DNA from: an uncultured Bacilli bacterium
GTDB taxonomy: Bacteria > Bacillota_I > Bacilli_A > RF39 > UBA660
Assembly (NCBI GenBank): GCA_944358625.1
Contig: CALVRL010000001.1
Span: 1 to 56,342, forward strand
DNA: 56,342 nucleotides
Direction of reading: 5' to 3'
The translations under genes were made by a program, and so were the position numbers. This document shows positions 27,335-36,737 of the stretch, piece after piece. Below the pieces are notes generated by a model. It ran no database searches. It saw only the letters and a list, made by a program, of their open reading frames with translations, and was not told where the DNA came from. Numbering within the stretch: the first letter of the stretch is position 1; each line of letters begins with the position of its first letter.

Positions 27335-27682
27335 TTAATTATGATTTATAATATATAATATTTCTTTTCCATTTCTTCCAATTTCAACACCATTGTTTTT
27401 TTGAACTATTCTTTGCATTTTAAAATTTTCAAACGGAACTGAACATGTAAAAGAATCATTAATTTTAGATACTAATAATTTAAATATAGCACTACCATAT
27501 CCTTTATTTTGATATTTTTCAGCAATAATTATAAATATTTTGTTATTTCTTTCGCTGCGTATAATGGCATAACCTATTTTAATATTATCCAAATAACACT
27601 CATACAATTGATCTTCTTTTGATAATTTAAACTCTTGAATTAAATCATCACCTATTTCATTTATTTCAATTAAATTTATCAT
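27335..27682 (-). CDS. minimal GNAT-family N-acetyltransferase (115 aa)
   Basis: Motif A YQNKGYGSAIFKLL. ATGA overlap with the upstream 681-aa ORF. Confidence 0.65.
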   Translation of the reverse strand: MINLIEINEIGDDLIQEFKLSKEDQLYECYLDNIKIGYAIIRSERNNKIFIIIAEKYQNKGYGSAIFKLLVSKINDSFTCSVPFENFKMQRIVQKNNGVEIGRNGKEILYIINHN

Positions 27683-29724
27683 AATTTAATACTCTCCTCA
27701 CTTTTTATCTCAAATTTATCTAATAATTGAGGTATATACTTATCTATAAAATCATGAAATGAAGCAATCTTTTTATAAAAATCTTGAACTTCCAATAAAT
27801 AATATCCATTTAACATATCGATAGATTCTATAGCCAGATTTAATAATGTTTCTTCATTAATAATTTTATCTTCTGAATTATAATGAACAATAATTTCGTT
27901 TTCATTATAAAATGATATGGATGAAATTTCTGGATTAGCTATTTTTATTAAATAATTACAATAAGTTTTCATATAATTTGTTTTTGAGTCTATAGTCACG
28001 GGAATTTTATATAATTCTCTAAGTTCATCCTTACTTTTTTCTTTTTTCATACAGTCTAATAAATAATGAAAACGCAAAACGGTAAATCTATGTAAGCCAT
28101 TACCAAAAACAATATATTTTCCATCTTCTATTTCACGTATTTTCATATCAATAGTATCTTGATTTCTCATTTTTAATTCTTCTAATAACTCTTCTCCAGA
28201 TTTATATTCTAATAAACCTAATGCTCTAGTATGATATCCATCTCCATTTTTTTTAAAAAAATTTTCAAAAGTATATAATATATTTTTACCTTTATAACCT
28301 TCCCAATTCCAAGGTCCATCATGCCCTAATAAATCTGCTACACTAACTATAGCGCTTTCATTTAAATAATCAAAAACACCATATCTATCAACAATGGGAT
28401 TAATATTAAAAGATGTTTTATAGTCATTACTTGGATCAGACATAAATGCTTCAATATCAAAATTAAGTGATTTAATAAAATCAATGGTTGTTGGAGATAA
28501 CCTTGTAGAAAAAATATATATAAGTTCTTTTAATTGCTCTTCATTTAATTTATCTGATATATTCAATTTATTTAGTATTCTTGGGTTTTGTAAAATAGTA
28601 AGTTTTAAATTTTCTGGTAACCAGTTAATCTGACTAATCACATCATCTATAGACATATTATCTAAATTTGGAAAATTTTCATCTATAAAGAAATTTATAT
28701 TAAATGCAGGTCTCTCGATATTTTTTTGTATATATTTTTCAATGTTTTGCTCAAATTCATCGGTTAATTTTTTTATTTCCTCAATATCTAAATCTTTTAA
28801 AAAAGAAATTATTTTGTCATTTATTTCAACATCCAAATAATGTTTATTATCTGTATACATATTTTTAATCTTATATAATAATTTTTCTTTTAATTCACTA
28901 TCCAATGATGAATTTTCAATTATATAAATAAGATGATTATATTTTACAAGATTATAATCAATATCATTTTTTATTTGACCGTCTATTTTAATATCTTCAG
29001 AAATAACTATTTTACAATTAGAAATTTTATCGATAACTGATTCATCTAGAAAACAAAAAGTAGAATAAAGCATTTGAATAACAACTTTTTCATTTAATTC
29101 AATATTTCCAGTAATAAAATTTTCGAAATCATGAGTTACAATTTTATGTTCAGAACTTGGAAAACACAATATAAAACTAGAGGATATTGGTAATTTTGTT
29201 AATATTTCATTACCTAAATTTATTTTAATATCTGGTATAAATGAATCAATTTCATTATGAAAATCTATTGTTTCAAAATTTTTATTTAAATCAACATAAC
29301 ATTTTTGATAACTATCATCAATATCATTTTCACTAATTATATTTTTTAATAATGATACTAATTTTTGAGTTTCTTCATCTAAATCAAAAAATTCAATAAA
29401 CTTTAACTCTTCCTCATCAAAAGGTAGATAATCTAATTTTTCAGTATAACTTAATGAAGAAACAATATCTTTTGGAATACTGCAACTTAATAATAAATCA
29501 ACTAATTTAGGATGTTTTTCCATTCGTCTAATCAACAAATCGTTAATATATTTTATGTTGTTTATTTTCATTATTTTTTCTATAATTTCATTAGGAATAA
29601 TATCGGAGTAGCTGTTTACGTTATTAGCATTTTCAAATGATGTTGGTATCTCCTCAATATGTGTATGATTTTGTTCCACTTTATAATCGTCTTTCTTTTT
29701 TCTAAATATATCAAATAATCCCAT
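27679..29724 (-). CDS. large hypothetical protein with C-terminal ParB/Srx-like (DGQQR/DGHHR-type) domain
   Basis: 681 aa from ATG at 29724, which lies 7 nt after GGTGAT. C-terminal region has MKIREIEDGKYIVFGNGLHRFTVLRF, resembling the ParB/sulfiredoxin/DUF262 core. The N-terminal ~480 aa are unrecognised. Confidence 0.7.
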   Translation of the reverse strand: MGLFDIFRKKKDDYKVEQNHTHIEEIPTSFENANNVNSYSDIIPNEIIEKIMKINNIKYINDLLIRRMEKHPKLVDLLLSCSIPKDIVSSLSYTEKLDYLPFDEEELKFIEFFDLDEETQKLVSLLKNIISENDIDDSYQKCYVDLNKNFETIDFHNEIDSFIPDIKINLGNEILTKLPISSSFILCFPSSEHKIVTHDFENFITGNIELNEKVVIQMLYSTFCFLDESVIDKISNCKIVISEDIKIDGQIKNDIDYNLVKYNHLIYIIENSSLDSELKEKLLYKIKNMYTDNKHYLDVEINDKIISFLKDLDIEEIKKLTDEFEQNIEKYIQKNIERPAFNINFFIDENFPNLDNMSIDDVISQINWLPENLKLTILQNPRILNKLNISDKLNEEQLKELIYIFSTRLSPTTIDFIKSLNFDIEAFMSDPSNDYKTSFNINPIVDRYGVFDYLNESAIVSVADLLGHDGPWNWEGYKGKNILYTFENFFKKNGDGYHTRALGLLEYKSGEELLEELKMRNQDTIDMKIREIEDGKYIVFGNGLHRFTVLRFHYLLDCMKKEKSKDELRELYKIPVTIDSKTNYMKTYCNYLIKIANPEISSISFYNENEIIVHYNSEDKIINEETLLNLAIESIDMLNGYYLLEVQDFYKKIASFHDFIDKYIPQLLDKFEIKSEESIKL

Positions 29725-29842
29725 AACTATCATCACCTACTATAATTATAACTTACTTTAATTAATTTGGATATAATTAATGATTTATTTTTCAACTAAA
29801 TTATAACATAATCATTAATTATTGGTTTTAAATTTTAAGAGA

Positions 29843-30295
29843 CTAAAAATTTAAATTTTTAATATCACTTTTTCCAGTAAGCCAGTCCAAAGAAATATTA
29901 TATTTTCTAGCAATTTGATAAGCAAAAGCAGTTAAAATTAAAGTTTTCCCAGTTTCATAAGCAGAGATAGTAGAAGAAGTTGTATTAAGTTCTTTAGCTA
30001 AACTTCTAAGAGTTAAATTATTTATAGAGCGAATAATTTTAATATTATGCCCTATTTTTTTCTTATCCAAAATTATCTTTTTTCCACAGTAAAGGTTTTT
30101 ATCAGTAAGACCTAAAATATAGTCGATACTTACCTTATAATAATCACATAGTTCATTTAAATGTTTTAAAGGAATAATTTTAGTTCCAACTTCCCAAGTA
30201 GAATATGTTTGCTGACTAACACCAATTATATCAGCCACTTCTTTTTGCTTTAAATTATTTTTTTCTCTAAATAAAAATAGTCTTTCAAAATTCAT
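29843..30295 (-). CDS. XRE-family regulator with two tandem HTH_3 domains
   Basis: NLKQKEVADIIGVSQQTYSTWEVG and NLTLRSLAKELNTTSSTISAYETG, each followed by an ...YILGLTD / ...DWLTGKSD tail. Confidence 0.85.
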   Translation of the reverse strand: MNFERLFLFREKNNLKQKEVADIIGVSQQTYSTWEVGTKIIPLKHLNELCDYYKVSIDYILGLTDKNLYCGKKIILDKKKIGHNIKIIRSINNLTLRSLAKELNTTSSTISAYETGKTLILTAFAYQIARKYNISLDWLTGKSDIKNLNF

Positions 30296-30395
30296 ATCAT
30301 CACCATGAATTTATTGTCCCATTAAAAATAAGAAATAAAAATTCATACTACCAAATACGAGCAAAATGTGATATTATAAAACTGGTGATAGAAAA

Positions 30396-31496
30396 ATGAG
30401 AAACATAGGAAAATATAGAAGAAAAAAACAAAAGAAAATATTAATAATAGGAAGTTTATCAATACTTTTATTTTTATGTGTGGGATATGCGGCTTTTAGT
30501 ACTAATTTAAAGGTAATGACTAAAGCAAACAGCAAAGAGAGATCAGACTATTATGTCTCAAGTAATGGTAGTGATACTACCGGAAAAGGAACTAAAAATA
30601 GTCCATATCAAACTATTCAAAAAGCCTATGATGTAGCTTTAGACTATAAAGAAGTAACAATTCATGTAATGGATAATTTAACAGTAACAAAAACAATTGA
30701 TTTTGATAAAAATAAGATTATTAAAATAACAAGTTATAGTAAAGAAGGTTTAACAAATTCTATAATAAGAGACAACAATTTAACAACGTCATTGTTATAT
30801 CAAACTTCTGGAAATTTAACTTTAGAAAATATTATTTTAGACGGCAATAATGTACATGCAGAGTCACCAATCTTATTCTTAAATGAAAATACATATACAT
30901 TATTATCAAATAATACAACTATAAAAAATGGATATAATAATTCAGGAGAAGGGGGAGGAATTAAAGTTACTAGTAATGGTAAAATTTTTGATGAGAACAC
31001 AGTCTTGGTTATTGACGGAGCTACAATAACTAATAATATAGCTAAACAAAGCGGTGGTGGAATTTCAGGCTCTGGAGCTATAATTAATCTTATTAGCGGG
31101 AATATAACAAGCAATAGTATGTTAACGTCAAACACACAAGGAGATGGTGGAGGAATACATACTTGGGGAAGCAATTTGACTATAAGTGGGGGAACAATAA
31201 ATAATAATGAAGGAAGACATGGCTCTGCTATAATAGCCTCTCAATCACAAATTACAATGACAGGAGGCATAATAGAAAAGAATACAGCAGTAGATGGCAC
31301 TGTAACTATATGGAATAGTAGTTCGTTTATATTAGAAGGAGGAATTATAAAAAATAATAAGGCATCTTCTAATAAAAATGGAGGGTTATGGATAAACCCT
31401 GCGAGTCCAGCAGGAAAATACACCTATAAATCAGGAGTAGTATGTGGAAATATTCCAGCAAATCAATATGAAACATCCAGCACTTGTCCAAGTTAA
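30396..31496 (+). CDS. secreted right-handed beta-helix repeat protein (Pmp-like GGGI repeats)
   Basis: N-terminal basic region plus TM ending GYAAFSTNL, resembling a SipW-type signal. Repeated GEGGGIKV, QSGGGISG and GDGGGIHT units alternate with N-rich turns. Confidence 0.75.
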   Translation: MRNIGKYRRKKQKKILIIGSLSILLFLCVGYAAFSTNLKVMTKANSKERSDYYVSSNGSDTTGKGTKNSPYQTIQKAYDVALDYKEVTIHVMDNLTVTKTIDFDKNKIIKITSYSKEGLTNSIIRDNNLTTSLLYQTSGNLTLENIILDGNNVHAESPILFLNENTYTLLSNNTTIKNGYNNSGEGGGIKVTSNGKIFDENTVLVIDGATITNNIAKQSGGGISGSGAIINLISGNITSNSMLTSNTQGDGGGIHTWGSNLTISGGTINNNEGRHGSAIIASQSQITMTGGIIEKNTAVDGTVTIWNSSSFILEGGIIKNNKASSNKNGGLWINPASPAGKYTYKSGVVCGNIPANQYETSSTCPS

Positions 31497-31513
31497 GTCA
31501 AAAATGTTATAAT
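31484..31513 (+). promoter_or_regulatory. candidate sigma-A promoter inside the 3' end of the beta-helix gene
   Basis: TTGTCC (31484-31489), 18-nt spacer, then TG-T-TATAAT (31505-31513). Confidence 0.35.
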
Positions 31514-31534
31514 ATATACGAAAGGATGATATTT

Positions 31535-32083
31535 ATGGACTCTAAAAAAGTAGATATAGCTTCATATGTAAAAGAAGGGTTAGAAAATGGAACATTAACT
31601 CCTGTAGTAGCAGAAAAATTTGCTAGAATAATTGCTGTTCAAGGAAATGTCGGTGATATAGTAACCTCATGGAGTGAAAGTAAAGAAGGAAACGAAATTC
31701 AAGAAAAGAAAGATGAAAAAGTAATTCTTGATGAAAAAACAAATGAACCAGGGTGGATAGCTACTAAAGTAGATGAAAATGGAGAGCCAATAATAGATTC
31801 ACACGGACATTTAAACCAATGGATAATTTCTGATTCAGTATTTAAATCTAAATACGAAAAAGACGAAGAAAATTTAGGACTATTTAAGCCTAAAGGAGGT
31901 CCTCAAGTTTTTGTCCAAATAAGTGAAGATATTATTTTAAATCAGTGGGGTTCTGATATGGTGATAGATAGTGGCGGATATATAAACATAACAAATCCAG
32001 ATGATTTATATGGAATTCAAGAAAGAGATTTTTTAGATACCTATAAAATAGTAAGTGGTTTAGAAAAAGGAAAGACTTTATAA
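31535..32083 (+). CDS. hypothetical cytoplasmic protein (possibly PGDYG-domain-like)
   Basis: ATG at 31535 follows AAAGGA. The C-terminal NITNPDDLYGIQERDFLDTYKIV resembles the PGDYG motif. This assignment is from memory only. Confidence 0.55.
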   Translation: MDSKKVDIASYVKEGLENGTLTPVVAEKFARIIAVQGNVGDIVTSWSESKEGNEIQEKKDEKVILDEKTNEPGWIATKVDENGEPIIDSHGHLNQWIISDSVFKSKYEKDEENLGLFKPKGGPQVFVQISEDIILNQWGSDMVIDSGGYINITNPDDLYGIQERDFLDTYKIVSGLEKGKTL

Positions 32084-32415
32084 TGAGAAAATATCTGGAA
32101 GAATATACAAAAGAAATAGATGATAAAATAAAAAGTAAAAATATAAAAGAAAAAGATATAAAAGATCATTTAATAAAAATTAAATTTTTCCAGCACGAAC
32201 GTCTCATTCACTTATTAGTAACATTATCTTATGGATTATTTTTATTCCTATCCGTAATGATATTTACTAAAGTTTTATTATTTATAATAATAACTTATAT
32301 AGTTTTAATAGTATTACTTTTCTATGTAAGACACTATTTCTTTTTAGAAAATCACGTTCAATATTTATACAAACAGTATGATAGTATGAAAAAACTTATA
32401 GAAAATGCTAAATAA
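32083..32415 (+). CDS. small membrane protein (110 aa, two TM segments)
   Basis: TAATG overlap with the upstream gene. It has a charged N-terminal half followed by two hydrophobic helices. Confidence 0.55.
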   Translation: MRKYLEEYTKEIDDKIKSKNIKEKDIKDHLIKIKFFQHERLIHLLVTLSYGLFLFLSVMIFTKVLLFIIITYIVLIVLLFYVRHYFFLENHVQYLYKQYDSMKKLIENAK

Positions 32416-32547
32416 AAGTGTTTTCTATAATTTTTATAAAAAAAGAAAATTTAACCATAGAATTTTAATTTTAAAAATATACATAGATTTATTTCAGCCA
32501 ATGTGTTAAAATGTATATAGCTATAATTATAGAAACTGGTGGTACAA

Positions 32548-33333
32548 ATGGGAAAAACAATAGCACTTGTCAATCAAAAAGGCGGAGTTGGAAAAACAAC
32601 ATCAAGCATTAATCTAGCAGCCTCATTAGGCTATTTAGGGAAAAAATCTTTATTAATAGATTTAGATCCACAAGGAAATAGTACAACAGGCCTAGGAATT
32701 GACAAAGGAGATATTAAAAAAAGTATATATGATTTATTAATTGGAAGTGCAGATGTAAAAGAAGTAATAAAAAAGACAAAATTCAAAAACCTATATATTA
32801 TTCCAGCAACCATTTCACTAGCAGGAGCCGATTTAGAATTAGCCGAAAAAGCTAGAATGGACCCAGAATTTTCAAAAAATAGACAATTAAAAATAGGGTT
32901 AGAAGAAGTAAAAGAAGTTTTTGATTATATCATCATCGACTGTCCACCATCACTAGGACTTTTAACAACAAATGCCCTAACAGCAGCCGATTCAGTTATA
33001 ATACCAGTCCAATGTGAATTTTTTGCTTTAGAAGGAATAATGCAATTATTAAATTCAATTATGCTTGCACAAAAGACATTAAATCCAAATCTAGATATAG
33101 AAGGAGTATTACTTACAATGCTTGATAATAGAACGAACCTAGGATTAGAAGTAGTACAAGATATCAAAAGTTATTTTAAAGAAAGAGTATATGATACAAT
33201 AATACCTAGGCTAGTTAGATTATCAGAAGCTCCAAGTCATGGAAAACCAATAATAAATTATGATCCAAAAAGTAGAGGAGCAGAAGCATATATAAATTTA
33301 GCAAAAGAGGTGATTAGAAGAAATGGAAAGTAG
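32548..33333 (+). CDS. soj: chromosome partitioning ATPase ParA/Soj
   Basis: Deviant Walker A NQKGGVGKTT. ParA-ParB gene pair. Confidence 0.93.
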   Translation: MGKTIALVNQKGGVGKTTSSINLAASLGYLGKKSLLIDLDPQGNSTTGLGIDKGDIKKSIYDLLIGSADVKEVIKKTKFKNLYIIPATISLAGADLELAEKARMDPEFSKNRQLKIGLEEVKEVFDYIIIDCPPSLGLLTTNALTAADSVIIPVQCEFFALEGIMQLLNSIMLAQKTLNPNLDIEGVLLTMLDNRTNLGLEVVQDIKSYFKERVYDTIIPRLVRLSEAPSHGKPIINYDPKSRGAEAYINLAKEVIRRNGK

Positions 33334-34198
33334 AAGAGCGCTTGGAAAAGGATTAGAACAGTTATTCGATTTAGATAATTTAAATGTAAACAATGTCAGC
33401 GATTTCGAAAAAAACATCTATGAAGATACAAAACATGAAGAAATAGTAGAATTAGATATAAACGAATTAAGGCCAAATCCATATCAACCAAGAACAATAT
33501 TCGATGAAGATTCATTAAAAGAATTAGCCGAATCAATAAAAGAAAATGGAGTCTTTCAACCAATAATTGTTAAAAAAAGCATCAAAGGTTATGACGTAAT
33601 AGCAGGTGAAAGAAGACTAAGAGCCAGTAAATTAGCCGGTAAAAAAACAATACCAGCTATAATAAGACAAATAAGCGATGAAAAAATGGCCGAAATAGCT
33701 TTATTAGAAAACTTACAAAGAGAAAATTTAAATCCATTAGAAGAAGCAAAAGCCTATAAAAGTCTAATAGAAAAATTAAATTTAACCCAAGAGCAGTTAG
33801 CGCAAAAAGTAAGTAAAAGTAGAAGTCATATAACCAATATGTTAGGACTTTTAAGATTACCAGGAGAAGTGCAAGACATGGTAACAACAGGAAAACTTAC
33901 AATGGGACACGCAAGAGCTTTAAGTAAAATAGAAGATAAAGAGCAAATAGTAAAATTAGCCGAAGATATTCAAGATAAAGGACTAACAGTAAGAGACGTC
34001 GAAGAAAAAAGTGAATATGTTCCAAAAAAACATCAAACAATAAGAAAACCAAAAAATAATGAATTTACATATGTTCAAGATTTATTAAGAGAAAAACTAG
34101 ATACAAAAGTAAAAATAAAAGACAAAAAAATAGAAATATCCTTTACAAACACCGCAGATTTGAATAGAATATTAGAAATATTAAATGTGAAGGAGTAA
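33323..34198 (+). CDS. spo0J: chromosome partitioning protein ParB/Spo0J
   Basis: ParB box GERRLRA, HTH LTQEQLAQKVSKSRSHITNMLGLL. Overlaps soj by 11 nt. Confidence 0.93.
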   Translation: MESRRALGKGLEQLFDLDNLNVNNVSDFEKNIYEDTKHEEIVELDINELRPNPYQPRTIFDEDSLKELAESIKENGVFQPIIVKKSIKGYDVIAGERRLRASKLAGKKTIPAIIRQISDEKMAEIALLENLQRENLNPLEEAKAYKSLIEKLNLTQEQLAQKVSKSRSHITNMLGLLRLPGEVQDMVTTGKLTMGHARALSKIEDKEQIVKLAEDIQDKGLTVRDVEEKSEYVPKKHQTIRKPKNNEFTYVQDLLREKLDTKVKIKDKKIEISFTNTADLNRILEILNVKE

Positions 34199-34203
34199 TG
34201 TAA

Positions 34204-34989
34204 ATGGAAAAAATATTAACCAAAGAAGTTATAACAACCATATGCATAATCTTATTTGCTTTTCTTTTTTATGTATTAATCAAACAAATAATAAGTAAAG
34301 TATTTTTAAAAAAAGCAAGACACCATTCAAATAAAAAAGTTATAACACTATTAACAATTTTAACCAATATTGTTAAATATATTATTTTAATAATAGCCTT
34401 GCTTATGATACTCGCAACATGGGGAGTAGATACCAAAGCCCTAGTCGCATCATTAGGAGTAGCCGGAGCTGTAGCCGGATTAGCTATGCAAGACATGTTA
34501 AAAGACTTTATTGGTGGTGCAGATATTTTAACCGAAGACCAATTTAAAGTAGGAGATAATATCGAAATAAATGGTTTTAGAGGAAATGTAATATATTTAG
34601 GAATGAAAGTCACAAAAATAAGAGCATACACAGGAGAAGTAAAAATAATAGCCAACAGAAACATCAATGCCGTAACAAATTATAGTATGATGTCAGCTAT
34701 ATGTGTAATAGATATAGGTCTTTCCTATGATAATAAAATAGAAAAGGCCGAAGAAGTATTACAAAGAGCCATAGAAAATGCCAAAAAGAAAGTCACATAT
34801 TTAAAAAACATAACAATATTAGGTATAGAAGAGTTAAAAAACGATGCAATTATATTTAGAATAGAAGCAGAAGTAGAACCAATGAAAAATTTTGAGTTCA
34901 ATAGAATTTTATTAAAAGAAGTATTAAAAGAAGCCGAAGCAAATAACCTAACCTTATCATATAACAAAGTAGATGTGAAAAATGTCTGA
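34204..34989 (+). CDS. small-conductance mechanosensitive channel (MscS family)
   Basis: Three TM segments followed by the beta-domain FKVGDNIEINGFRGNVIYLGMKVTKIR. Confidence 0.85.
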   Translation: MEKILTKEVITTICIILFAFLFYVLIKQIISKVFLKKARHHSNKKVITLLTILTNIVKYIILIIALLMILATWGVDTKALVASLGVAGAVAGLAMQDMLKDFIGGADILTEDQFKVGDNIEINGFRGNVIYLGMKVTKIRAYTGEVKIIANRNINAVTNYSMMSAICVIDIGLSYDNKIEKAEEVLQRAIENAKKKVTYLKNITILGIEELKNDAIIFRIEAEVEPMKNFEFNRILLKEVLKEAEANNLTLSYNKVDVKNV

Positions 34990-35164
34990 ATATAAATTAG
35001 GTAGTATTGTTATAATGAAAAAACCCCATCCATGCGGAAAAAACGAATGGGAAATAACAAGGTTAGGAGCCGATATAAAAATAAAATGTTTAGGCTGTGG
35101 AAGAAGTATAATGCTTCCAAGAATAGATTTCAATAAAAAATTAAAAAAAATCATTAAACTATAA
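34982..35164 (+). CDS. DUF951-family small protein
   Basis: 60 aa with KKPHPCG...CLGCGR (4-Cys). It occupies the conserved position near ychF in Firmicutes. Confidence 0.75.
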   Translation: MSEYKLGSIVIMKKPHPCGKNEWEITRLGADIKIKCLGCGRSIMLPRIDFNKKLKKIIKL

Positions 35165-35175
35165 GGAGGACATCC

Positions 35176-36690
35176 ATGAAAAAAAGAAAAAAATTACTAT
35201 TAGGTCCAGTAATAACCATAATAATTTTAACAATTATAATTATGGTTATCAGTAGTATATGTGCTGTTTTAGGTGTTCAAGGAGACGTAACAAACATAAA
35301 TAATCAAAGTCTAGAAACATCAATAGTAACAGTAAGAAGTGTATTTTCAGAAGAAGGATTAAAATATTTCTTTTCTTCACCAGTAGAGACATTCAAAACC
35401 TTTGAACCACTAGTACTTCTAATAATTTCATTAATGGCCGTATCTATAGGAAAAGCAAGTGGATTATTCAAAGCCATATTTACTCCATTAAAAAGATTAA
35501 AACCAGCAGTAGTAACCTTTTTAACCCTATTTGCTGGAATTATATCATCATTCCTAGGAGAATATGGATTTATATTAGTACTCCCACTATCAGCCGTAAT
35601 ATATCAATATTTAGGTCGCAATTCCATGCTTGGAATATTAACCGCATTTGTCGGAGTAAGTATGGGATATGGAGCAGGATTAGTATTCAATTATGACGAT
35701 TATCAATTAGGATTACTAACAAAAGCAGCTGCTACAGTAGATGTTGATGAAAATTATGTATTTAATGCTTGGTCAAATTCATATGCCATGGTAGCATCTA
35801 CATTTATACTATCCATAATAGGAACAATAATAATAGAAAACATATTAAAACCAAAAGTAAAAGAATCTATAAAAGAAGAAGACGAGCTAGTAATATCTAA
35901 AAAAGGATTATTATATAGTCTAGTAGCTTTTATCGTATTAATTTTAATATTTATTTATACTATAATACCAGGCTTACCAGGATCAGGAATATTATTAGAT
36001 AATTCGCAAAGAGATTATGTTGCCCAGTTATTAGGACCCAAAGCTCCATTTACTGATGCTTTCGCCTTTGTATTCTTAATAATAATGATGATTTGTTCAG
36101 GAATTTATGGATTTATATCTAAAAACATTAAAAACACAAACGATTTCAGTGTAGGATTATCAAAAGAATTTGATAATCTAGGATACATATTTATTTTAAT
36201 GTTCTTCGCATCATTACTCGTAAGTATACTAAATTGGACAAATTTAGGAACAGTAGTAGCTTCTTGGTTAATTAGTTTTATGAGTAATTTAGAATTTACA
36301 GGAATACCATTAATAATAACAATGTTCCTAGTTGTAATTATAATATCATTCCTAATACCAGATGCCATTACAAAATGGACACTAATATCACCAGTATTAG
36401 TACCATTATTTATGAAAGCCAATATTACACCAGATTTCACACAGTTTATCTTCAAAGCAGCCGATAGTGTAGGAAAAGGAATAACACCATTTTTCGTATA
36501 CTTTATAGTAATGCTTGCCTTTTTAGAAAAGTATAACAATAAAGAAAGTAATAAAATAACAGTATTTGGAACATTAAAACTACTTAGACCAACAGTTTTA
36601 ATATTCGCAGTCGTATGGTTTATAATAGTAATAGGTTTCTTTGTAATAGGTCTTCCTTTAGGACCAACAGCCACAGCTCCAACTTTATAG
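35176..36690 (+). CDS. AbgT-family (p-aminobenzoyl-glutamate/antimetabolite) transporter
   Basis: 504 aa polytopic protein. The N-terminal KKLLLGPVITI region and overall topology are typical of the AbgT family. Confidence 0.8.
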   Translation: MKKRKKLLLGPVITIIILTIIIMVISSICAVLGVQGDVTNINNQSLETSIVTVRSVFSEEGLKYFFSSPVETFKTFEPLVLLIISLMAVSIGKASGLFKAIFTPLKRLKPAVVTFLTLFAGIISSFLGEYGFILVLPLSAVIYQYLGRNSMLGILTAFVGVSMGYGAGLVFNYDDYQLGLLTKAAATVDVDENYVFNAWSNSYAMVASTFILSIIGTIIIENILKPKVKESIKEEDELVISKKGLLYSLVAFIVLILIFIYTIIPGLPGSGILLDNSQRDYVAQLLGPKAPFTDAFAFVFLIIMMICSGIYGFISKNIKNTNDFSVGLSKEFDNLGYIFILMFFASLLVSILNWTNLGTVVASWLISFMSNLEFTGIPLIITMFLVVIIISFLIPDAITKWTLISPVLVPLFMKANITPDFTQFIFKAADSVGKGITPFFVYFIVMLAFLEKYNNKESNKITVFGTLKLLRPTVLIFAVVWFIIVIGFFVIGLPLGPTATAPTL

Positions 36691-36737
36691 TTGGAGTTTT
36701 TAAAATCTTTTGATAAAATTAAATTAAGAGGTGTCAT

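Noticed and set aside
32548-34198. Looked for a parS site (TGTTNCACGTGAAACA) in and around soj-spo0J
   Set aside because: I found no CACGTG core or close match by eye anywhere in the window. A computational scan allowing mismatches would be needed to be sure.
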